From: Candidatus Methylomirabilia bacterium
Lineage (GTDB): Bacteria; Methylomirabilota; Methylomirabilia; Rokubacteriales; CSP1-6
NCBI GenBank assembly: GCA_041492755.1
Contig: JBGPXN010000101.1
Location: forward strand, 1-15,611
DNA: 15,611 nucleotides
Direction of reading: 5' to 3'
Shown here piece by piece: positions 8,339-15,047 of the stretch (within the stretch, counting starts at the first letter, position 1; the number at the start of each line of letters is the position of its first letter). The notes under the pieces were generated by a model, which was given only the letters and a program-made list of their open reading frames with translations, searched no databases and was not told the origin of the DNA. Both the position numbers and the translations under genes were made by a program.

Positions 8339-10386
8339 TGGCGTACCGCATCGGCGTCGACGTCGGCGGCACGTTCACCGATCTCGTGGCCGTCGACGTC
8401 GCCGGGCGTGTCACCTTCGCCAAGGCGCCGTCGACGCCCCGCGATCCGGCCGTCGGCGTGATCGACGGCCTCGGCCGGCTCGCCGCCGTGCTCGGCCTGG
8501 ACCGGCGCACGCTGCTCGCCGACACCGAGCGCATCGTCCACGGCACCACCGTCGCCACCAACGCCCTCATCGAGCGCAAGGGCGCGCGCCTCGGACTGCT
8601 GACGACCGACGGACATCGAGACGTCGTCGAGATGCGCGAAGGTCTCAAGGACGATCGCTACAACTTGCGGATGCCGCCGCCCGAGCCGCTGGTGCCCCGG
8701 GCCCGCCGCCTCGGCGTCAAGGAACGCCTGCGCGCCGATGGCCGGGTCGAGGTCCCGCTCGATCGCCGCTCGCTCGAGGGCGCGGTCGAAGCGCTGCGGC
8801 GCGCGAACGTCGAGGCGGTCGCGGTCTGCTACTTCCACGCCTGGCGCGACGCTCGGCACGAAAAACTCACGCGGGCCGCCCTCACGCGGGCGCTGCCCGG
8901 CGTGTACGTCTCCCTCTCGTCCGACGTGCTGCCGCAGATCAAGGAATACGAGCGCGTCTGCACGACGGTGATCAACGCCTACGTCGGTCCGATCCTGTCG
9001 GAATATCTCGCACGCCTGGCGCGGCGACTCACCGACGAGGGCTACCGCGGCCCGGTCCTCGTGATGCAATCGCACGGCGGCGTGGCCCCGATCGCCGAAG
9101 CCGGCCGGCTCGCGGCGGGCGCCGTGCTCTCGGGCCCGGCCGGCGGCGTCGCCGCCAGCGGCTACTGCGCACGCCTCCTCGGCACCGGCGATCTCATCCC
9201 GTTCGACATGGGCGGCACCAGCACGGATATCTCGCTCGTCGTCAAGGGCGAAGCGCAGCTCGCCATCGACCGCACCGTCGCCGGCCATCGCGTCGCGCTG
9301 CCGTCACTCGACATCGTGTCCATCGGCGCCGGCGGCGGCTCCATCGCGTGGGTGGACGCGGGCGGCATCTTGCAGGTCGGCCCGCGATCGGCGGGCGCCG
9401 ACCCCGGCCCCGCCTGCTACGGCCGCGACGGCACCGACGCGACCGTCACCGATGCGAACCTCGTCCTCGGCTATCTCGATCCCGCGGGCTTCCTGGGCGG
9501 CGAGGCGCGCCTGGACGTCTCCGCCGCGGAGCGGGCGGTCGACGCGCTCGCGCACCGACTCGGACTCGACCGCGTGCGCGCCGCGTGGGGCGTGCACGAA
9601 GTCGTGAATACCCGGATGGCCGAGGGTGTGCGCCTCGTCTCCGTGCGCCGTGGCGTCGATCCGCGCCGGTTCGCCCTGCTCGCGTTCGGTGGCGCCGCCG
9701 GCCTTCACGTCACCGATGTCGCTCGCCGCCTGGAGATCGGGCGTGTCGTCGTGCCGCGCGCCGCGTCGGTGCTCTCGGCGTGGGGCATGCTCGCGACCGA
9801 TCTCCGGTACGAGCTGGTGCGTACCCACGTGGGCGACGCGCGGACGATCAAGCTCGCCGCGCTGCGCAAGCTCTTCGCCGAGATGCAAGCGCAGGCGCGG
9901 CGGCGCCTCGGTGAGGCCTTCGGTGGTCCGGTGGCGATCCACCGCGCGGTCGACATGCGTTACGGCGAGCAAGTGTTCGAGATCACCGTCACCCTCGACG
10001 GCGTGGACCTGGAGGCGCCGGACGCGCTCAAGGAGATCGTCGAGCGCTTCCACCAGCGCCACGAGGAGCTCTACACCTACAGCTTGCGGGATCAGGAAGC
10101 GGTGCTGGTGAACGCGCGCGTGACCGCGGTGGGGGCGCTGCCGGCGCTGCCGCAGGAGCCCGCGCTGTCCGCCCGGCCGCCCGCCGCGCCGATGGGCCGG
10201 ACCCGGATCTACGTGGATGGCTGGCACGACGTGCCGGTCTTCGATTTCGCCGCGCTCGCTCCCGGCCAGACGATCGACGCGCCGGCGTTGCTGCACGCGC
10301 CAACCACCACCGTCCTGCTCCGGCCGGGTGATCGAGCGACGGTCACGCCGCTGGGCTGGATCGACGTGACGATTGCGTTACGCTAG
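8338..10386 (+). CDS. Hydantoinase A/5-oxoprolinase family protein (HyuA-like ATPase subunit)
   Basis: Motifs IGVDVGGTFTD, HGTTVATNA, EYER..TTVINAYVGP, SGPAGGV, DMGGTSTD, IGAGGGSIA, GPRSAGADPGPACYG, TVTDAN and DMRYGEQ. TGATG stop/start overlap with the B subunit suggests translational coupling. Confidence 0.95.
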   Translation: MAYRIGVDVGGTFTDLVAVDVAGRVTFAKAPSTPRDPAVGVIDGLGRLAAVLGLDRRTLLADTERIVHGTTVATNALIERKGARLGLLTTDGHRDVVEMREGLKDDRYNLRMPPPEPLVPRARRLGVKERLRADGRVEVPLDRRSLEGAVEALRRANVEAVAVCYFHAWRDARHEKLTRAALTRALPGVYVSLSSDVLPQIKEYERVCTTVINAYVGPILSEYLARLARRLTDEGYRGPVLVMQSHGGVAPIAEAGRLAAGAVLSGPAGGVAASGYCARLLGTGDLIPFDMGGTSTDISLVVKGEAQLAIDRTVAGHRVALPSLDIVSIGAGGGSIAWVDAGGILQVGPRSAGADPGPACYGRDGTDATVTDANLVLGYLDPAGFLGGEARLDVSAAERAVDALAHRLGLDRVRAAWGVHEVVNTRMAEGVRLVSVRRGVDPRRFALLAFGGAAGLHVTDVARRLEIGRVVVPRAASVLSAWGMLATDLRYELVRTHVGDARTIKLAALRKLFAEMQAQARRRLGEAFGGPVAIHRAVDMRYGEQVFEITVTLDGVDLEAPDALKEIVERFHQRHEELYTYSLRDQEAVLVNARVTAVGALPALPQEPALSARPPAAPMGRTRIYVDGWHDVPVFDFAALAPGQTIDAPALLHAPTTTVLLRPGDRATVTPLGWIDVTIALR

Positions 10387-10419
10387 AGCGCGCAAGCCAT
10401 AGAGCGCGGTACGGGCCCG

Positions 10420-10425
10420 GGGAGG
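10420..10425 (+). promoter_or_regulatory. Shine-Dalgarno site of the dioxygenase gene
   Basis: GGGAGG 6 nt upstream of ATG 10432. Confidence 0.7.
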
Positions 10426-10431
10426 CACGCC

Positions 10432-11343
10432 ATGTCGATCGAGACCGGAAGAATCCTGGTCAGAACGCTCCACCCGCTCTTTGTCGGTGAAGTGAGCGGC
10501 GTCGATCTCACCCGCCCCCTCGACGACGCCACGTTCAACGAGATCCGCGACACGTTCTTCGAGCACGGGGTGCTGGTCTTCCACGATCAGCCGCTCACCG
10601 ACGAGCAGCAGATCGCGTTCTCCGAGCGGTTCGGGCCGCTGGAGACGAGCATCTCGACGTATCGGAGCGATCGCGCGCGGCGTCTGGCGCGCCCGGAGCT
10701 GTCCGACATCTCCAACCTCGACGAGCACGGAAACGTCATGTCCGCCGACGACGAGCGACGGCACAACAACCGCGGCAATCAGCTCTGGCACACCGACAGC
10801 TCGTTCAAGCCGGTGCCCGCGATGGCGTCGATGCTGTCCGCGCGTGAAGTCCCACCGTCCGGAGGTGAAACCGAGTACGCCGACCTCCGCGCGGCCTGGG
10901 ACGCGCTGCCGCCGGCGCGGCAGCAAGAGCTCGAGGGACTGATCGCGGAGCACAGCATCCTCTACTCGCGCAGTCTGATCGGTTACCAGTTCACCGAAGA
11001 AGAGCAGCGGAAGCTGCATCCCGTGCACCAGACGGTGGTCCGCGTCCACCCGACGACCCGGCGCAAGGGGCTCTATCTCGCCTCCCACGCATCGCACATC
11101 GTCGGCCGGCCGGTCGAGGAAGGCCGCGCGCTCCTTCGCGAGCTGCTGGAGTTCGCCACCCAGCCGCGCTTCGTCTATCGGCACCCGTGGCGTGTCGGGG
11201 ATCTGGTCATGTGGGACAACCGCTCGGTGCTCCACCGCGGACGGCCGTGGGACGAGCAGCACCATCGACGGGTGATGCATCGGACGACGGTGGCCGGGCT
11301 CGGGCCGACCGTCGTCGACGGCCGGGTCCAGGTGGGCGTCTAA
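10432..11343 (+). CDS. TauD/TfdA-family Fe(II)/2-oxoglutarate-dependent dioxygenase (TfdA-like)
   Basis: HxD motif in GNQLWHTDSSFK (His 10789-10791), distal His in WDNRSVLHRGRPW (11233-11235), 2-OG-binding Arg in RRVMHRTTV, plus GGETEYADLRAAWDAL and HGVLVFHDQPL..EQQIAFS..FGPLE. The DISNLD and GNQLWH.DSSF context resembles phenoxyalkanoate dioxygenases more than TauD. Confidence 0.94.
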   Translation: MSIETGRILVRTLHPLFVGEVSGVDLTRPLDDATFNEIRDTFFEHGVLVFHDQPLTDEQQIAFSERFGPLETSISTYRSDRARRLARPELSDISNLDEHGNVMSADDERRHNNRGNQLWHTDSSFKPVPAMASMLSAREVPPSGGETEYADLRAAWDALPPARQQELEGLIAEHSILYSRSLIGYQFTEEEQRKLHPVHQTVVRVHPTTRRKGLYLASHASHIVGRPVEEGRALLRELLEFATQPRFVYRHPWRVGDLVMWDNRSVLHRGRPWDEQHHRRVMHRTTVAGLGPTVVDGRVQVGV

Positions 11344-11348
11344 TCCTC

Positions 11349-11390
11349 GGCGGGGACCGCGCCGCCCACTGATCCAACGGGCGTTGGGTT
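11349..11390. terminator. Two short hairpins between convergent genes (possible terminator)
   Basis: GGCGG-N8-CCGCC (11349-11366) and CCAAC-GGGC-GTTGG (11374-11387). There is no clear U-tract, so support is weak. Confidence 0.3.
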
Positions 11391-13836
11391 AGCTGCCCAG
11401 CTTCCAGTAACGCCGCACGTCGGCCAACCCTTGCTGGCTCGCCAGCCTCCGCCAGGCCGCGATCTCCGCGGCGTGGCCGGGCGTGGCCCCCGTGAGCGGA
11501 GCCGTACTCTCGGCGCGCCAGCGATAGATGACACTCATCATGCGCGCGTGCTCGACGTTGTAGGGTCCGCGGTACTCCTGCATCGGATGGCGAAATCGAT
11601 GGAACTCGAGCGATGGCCGGTCATCGGTCACCGGTCGCATCGTGGAAGTTGCCGCTCGAATCTCGTCCGGCCCCATCGCGTGCAGCCGGGCAAAGTCCAC
11701 CGGCGTCCCGAGACCCAGCTCCTCCAGCTCGTCACGCAGGGCGCCCGGCTCGAACGCGCGAGCGACGCGAGCGAGGTCGATCCGGACGGGGACGTCACGG
11801 CGCGCCACGATGATGCCGGTATCGCCGTGGAGCCAGAGCGTCGTCTCGGGAAAGACGTCCTGGACGGTCCTGAGGATCCGCAGCGACTCGTCGAGGGTGA
11901 GCAGGTGCATCGGGAGCCACTGGACGACGAAGCCGCCGGCCTCGAGTCGGTCGCGCGCGAGCTCGTAGTACTCCTTCGAGTACAGGTTCACCACACCCGC
12001 ATGGTGCGGGGGCATGGGCTCGGAGGTGATGACGTCGTAGCGCTCGCGCGTCGTCAGGAGGAAGTTCCGTCCATCGTCCACGACGAGGCGCGCCCGGGGA
12101 TGCCGGGCCACGCCATGATTCAGGGCGACGAAGTACGAGGCAAAGCCGAGGACGGTTCGGTCGATGTCCACCGCGTCGATGCTCGCTTCCGGGTGGAGAA
12201 GCCCCGCGCCCGCGGTGGCGCCCGTGCCGAAGCAGATGACGAGCAGGCGGCGCGGATGCGGGTGCAGCAGCATCGGGATGTGGGTCATCATCGGCATGTA
12301 GCCCGCCATGGCCTTGTTGGAGGCGGCCTCGAAGCCGTCGATACGCAGCGTCTTTTCCGCGCCGGGATAGCTCACGACCGAGACCGAGGCGCCGATTCCG
12401 TCATGGTGGGCTTCGACGAACGGGGCGCCCTGCCCGCCCGTTCGGAGTCCCGGGTCGAAAGGATTCGGTCCGCGCAGGAGCTGAGAGGCCACCACCAGCG
12501 CCGCGACCACGGCGGCGCCGGAGACGGCGAACAGCCGAAGACGGCGCACGCGCGAAAGCTCGGCTCGGAGGAGGAAGGCGCAGCCGAGCGCCACCTGGAC
12601 GCCCGCTAGCAGCAGCAGCACCCGCGTCAGGCCCAGCAGGGGGATCAGCGCAAAGCCGGCGAGCACGGAGCCCAGCACGCACCCGATCGTGTTGACGAGG
12701 TAGGCGGTGCCCACGCGACGGCCCGCGCGCGCCAGGTCGTCCACGAGCAGGCGCATGCCGAGCGGGAGCACGAGACCCATGAGGGTCGCCGGCACCAGGA
12801 CGACGAGCGCGGCGCAGAGCGCGGTGCCGGCGAGGAACACGTCGCCCGTCCAGCCGAACCGGGACGAGAGCGCGAGGATCACGGCCTGGGATCGTGTGCT
12901 GACCGGCGCCAGCACGATCGCCGCGACCCCCGCGGCGAGGAGCGCGATGGCGAGCGTGCACAGTGGACGCGCGCGGCGCTCGAGGGCCACGAACAGCCGG
13001 CTGCCCAGCGCGAACCCCGTGAGGAACGTGGCGAGGATCACGGTGAAGGCATAGACCGTGCTCCCCAGTGTGAAGACGAGGATGCGCGTCCAGAGGATCT
13101 CGGCGGCCATGCTCAGCAATCCCGAAAGGAAGACCGCCGCCCACACGAGTGGCCGCGCCGCGGCCGGGATCTCCATTCGCGGCTCGACCGGTCCCGTCTC
13201 GCCGGACACGTCGGCGCCGGCGGTCCGGCTACGTGCAGCCAAGAGCAGCGCGGCGAGACCGACGGAGAGATTTCCCGTCGCGGCCACCATGCTGGCGCCC
13301 CACACGCCGAAGGCGTGGATCAGCACGAACCCGGCGGCGAGGCTCCCGACGACGCCTCCCGCCAGATTCGCGCCATAGAGGAGCCCCAGGTCGGCGCCAA
13401 AGCGCTCGAGGCTTCGCCCCACGTGCCGGACGAGCACCGGCAGCGTGCCGCCCATGAGGACCGTCGGCACGAGCAGCAGCAGAAAGCCGAGAACAACCCG
13501 AACGAGCAGCAGGAGTTCCGGCTCCCCCGCCAGATGGCGGGCGACTCGAACGTACGCCGGCGTCGAGGCCGTGATCAGCGTGGGCAGAACGAGCGCGTAG
13601 AGTCCGATCCCCAGCTCGAGGCACGCGTACAGCTTCAGAGGCGCGCGGCTGCGATCCGCCGCCGATCCGAAGAGCCAGGCCCCGAGCCCGAGGCCGGCCA
13701 TGAAGACGCACAGCACGGTACTGACGGCGCCCGTGGTCGTGCCCACGATCAGCAGGAGCTGGCGGACCCAGACGACCTGGTAGATGAGCGCGCACGCGCC
13801 GGACGCAAAGAGGAAGAGGGACGGTATCGTCATCAC
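11389..13836 (-). CDS. Fused MFS-like membrane domain / spermidine-synthase-fold (SAM-dependent transferase) protein
   Basis: About 13 hydrophobic helices with an internal 6+6 repeat (SGACALIYQVVWVRQL vs SGLLSMAAEILWTRIL; VPTVLMGGTLP vs VPATLMGLVLP; LYGANLAGGVVGSLAAGFVLI vs AYLVNTIGCVLGSVLAGFALI). C-terminal SpeE-like Rossmann domain: LLVICFGTGAT, DAVDID, DDGRNFL, YDVITSEP, LYSKEYY..ARDRL..GG..VQWLP. Start GTG 13836 or ATG 13833. Confidence 0.92.
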   Translation of the reverse strand: MMTIPSLFLFASGACALIYQVVWVRQLLLIVGTTTGAVSTVLCVFMAGLGLGAWLFGSAADRSRAPLKLYACLELGIGLYALVLPTLITASTPAYVRVARHLAGEPELLLLVRVVLGFLLLLVPTVLMGGTLPVLVRHVGRSLERFGADLGLLYGANLAGGVVGSLAAGFVLIHAFGVWGASMVAATGNLSVGLAALLLAARSRTAGADVSGETGPVEPRMEIPAAARPLVWAAVFLSGLLSMAAEILWTRILVFTLGSTVYAFTVILATFLTGFALGSRLFVALERRARPLCTLAIALLAAGVAAIVLAPVSTRSQAVILALSSRFGWTGDVFLAGTALCAALVVLVPATLMGLVLPLGMRLLVDDLARAGRRVGTAYLVNTIGCVLGSVLAGFALIPLLGLTRVLLLLAGVQVALGCAFLLRAELSRVRRLRLFAVSGAAVVAALVVASQLLRGPNPFDPGLRTGGQGAPFVEAHHDGIGASVSVVSYPGAEKTLRIDGFEAASNKAMAGYMPMMTHIPMLLHPHPRRLLVICFGTGATAGAGLLHPEASIDAVDIDRTVLGFASYFVALNHGVARHPRARLVVDDGRNFLLTTRERYDVITSEPMPPHHAGVVNLYSKEYYELARDRLEAGGFVVQWLPMHLLTLDESLRILRTVQDVFPETTLWLHGDTGIIVARRDVPVRIDLARVARAFEPGALRDELEELGLGTPVDFARLHAMGPDEIRAATSTMRPVTDDRPSLEFHRFRHPMQEYRGPYNVEHARMMSVIYRWRAESTAPLTGATPGHAAEIAAWRRLASQQGLADVRRYWKLGS

Positions 13837-13853
13837 TTCGTGACGAGATGGGC

Positions 13854-13870
13854 TGCAGCGGCCATGCCAG
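13854..13870 (-). promoter_or_regulatory. Candidate sigma54 (-24/-12) promoter upstream of the MFS/SpeE-fold gene
   Basis: Minus strand reads CTGGCATGGCCGCTGCA, giving GG-N10-GC and a close match to the consensus YTGGCACG-N4-TTGCW. Correctly oriented, 17 nt upstream of GTG 13836. Confidence 0.5.
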
Positions 13871-14016
13871 ACACGGCGTCCCGAAATTCACGCGGTTACA
13901 TCGACACTGCCCAGGCGTTCACACCCCAGGGTGAGGCGATGCCGACCCGCGTGGTTCGTCACCGCCTCCGCGTGGATCAACGCGCTCTTGCCATCGCGAG
14001 GTGGTGGCCCCCGTCG

Positions 14017-14033
14017 TGCATTCCGCTCGCCAA
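14017..14033 (-). promoter_or_regulatory. Second, weaker sigma54-like site in the same intergenic region
   Basis: Minus strand reads TTGGCGAGCGGAATGCA (GG-N10-GC, with TGGC and TGCA conserved). Confidence 0.3.
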
Positions 14034-14060
14034 GTCAAGTAGGGAACTCGCCGAAGCGCT

Positions 14061-14903
14061 TCAGCGCTCGCGTGCCGGCTCGGTGCTTTCGCCATACTCG
14101 CAGCCGGAGTCCCGGACTTCGACCACCAGTCCCTGGAGTCCCCAGCCGATCGCGCCGCGAGCGTCGAAGAGGCGGCTCGTGGCGAGCCCGACACCGCCGG
14201 GCACCACCGCGGTCACCGCGTCCAGGCACACCCACTCACCTTCGGGCAGGCGGTGGAGATACACCGTGAGGTCGGCGTTCATGAAGGTGTAGCGGCGGGG
14301 ATCGAGCACGACGGCGACGCCGTTGCCGGAGTCGGCGGCGATCATCACCCGCTGGAGCGGGCTCGGCGCTTCACCGTCGACCAGCGCGACGCGCGAGCGA
14401 ATCCACACCGTCGTCGGGTTCTTCGGATATCCGCCGCGCACGCGACGCGCGTCGACCGCCGTGTCGTAGCCGACGCCCGAAGCGTGGAAGACCGGAAACT
14501 TGAACGGCGTGCCTTGCTCGGGTGGAGGCGGCGGCTCGTGCGGATCCAGCGCGACCGGGCCGAGATCCCTGGGCGCCTTGCGGACGACGAGCGCGCTCGC
14601 ACGCGCGACCGCGCGACCGTCCGCCGAGAGCGTCGCGTCCAGCCGGCGGACCTTGCGGCCGGCCCTGAACACCGTCGCGGCCACGTCGAGTGTCGCGAGC
14701 GGGACCGGAGCCATGAGCTCGATGGTCAGACGCGAGATCTGCAGCTCCGGATCGTCGGCGACCGCCTGCTCGAAGGCGCGCGCGAGCAGGGCGGATGGCG
14801 GACCGGCGTGCTGGTGGGCCGCGCTCCACGGGCCGCGCGCGTGCTCGGTGGCGGCGAACCGACCGTCGCCGGCCGGAACGAAGAAGGCGTCGGGGAGGCT
14901 CAC
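14061..14903 (-). CDS. Thioesterase family protein (double hot-dog fold, acyl-CoA thioesterase-like)
   Basis: Motifs ATEHARGPW....QHAGPPSALL, RLTIELMAPVP, RAGRKV, LVDGEAPSPLQR..IAADSGNG and FMNADLTVYLHRLPEGEWVCLDA. GTG start at 14903. Confidence 0.88.
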   Translation of the reverse strand: MSLPDAFFVPAGDGRFAATEHARGPWSAAHQHAGPPSALLARAFEQAVADDPELQISRLTIELMAPVPLATLDVAATVFRAGRKVRRLDATLSADGRAVARASALVVRKAPRDLGPVALDPHEPPPPPEQGTPFKFPVFHASGVGYDTAVDARRVRGGYPKNPTTVWIRSRVALVDGEAPSPLQRVMIAADSGNGVAVVLDPRRYTFMNADLTVYLHRLPEGEWVCLDAVTAVVPGGVGLATSRLFDARGAIGWGLQGLVVEVRDSGCEYGESTEPARER

Positions 14904-14919
14904 GAGGCCGTGCCGGAAC

Positions 14920-15043
14920 TCGAGGAGCGCCCCAGGTTCCCCGAGGCGCTCCGAGCCGGGGACGGGTATCGAGGAGCGCCACGGCTTTGCCGGGGCGCTG
15001 CCGAGCGGTGGGGGGTATGGGGGGCCATTTCGGGGCCCCCCAT
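14920..15043. repeat. Composite REP-like palindromic element: two related hairpin units plus a third G/C-rich hairpin
   Basis: TCGAGGAGCGCC at 14920-14931 and 14969-14980 (49-bp period), each closed by GGCGCT..CCGAGC to form a stem-loop. A perfect 10-bp inverted repeat follows: ATGGGGGGCC (15017-15026) and GGCCCCCCAT (15034-15043). Confidence 0.8.
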
Positions 15044-15047
15044 CATC

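Noticed and set aside
10432..11343. Assigning the symbol tauD or tfdA, or linking the dioxygenase with the sulfatase as a sulfur-scavenging cluster
   Set aside because: Family membership is clear but orthology and substrate are not. The sulfatase is 9 kb away in a separate transcription unit, and no sulfonate transporter is present.
14045..14070. GAAGCGCTTC palindrome and small CGC-TTCG-GCG hairpin at the thioesterase stop
   Set aside because: The stems are too short and there is no clear U-tract, so it is indistinguishable from chance at this GC content.
13919..14194. 91-aa minus-strand ORF extending into the intergenic gap
   Set aside because: It starts inside the thioesterase in another frame and has no SD or recognisable features.
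6560..14292. Other overlapping ORFs (e.g. 6560-7729, 8041-9288, 9304-10296, 10378-11280, 11431-12609, 13315-14292)
   Set aside because: All overlap motif-supported genes on the opposite strand or in another frame and show only composition-driven Arg/Ala/Gly/Pro-rich or antisense-type sequence.
14920..15006. CRISPR-array interpretation of the two palindromic units
   Set aside because: There are only two imperfect copies, the linker is just 12 nt, the variation lies inside the repeat loop, and no cas genes are present.
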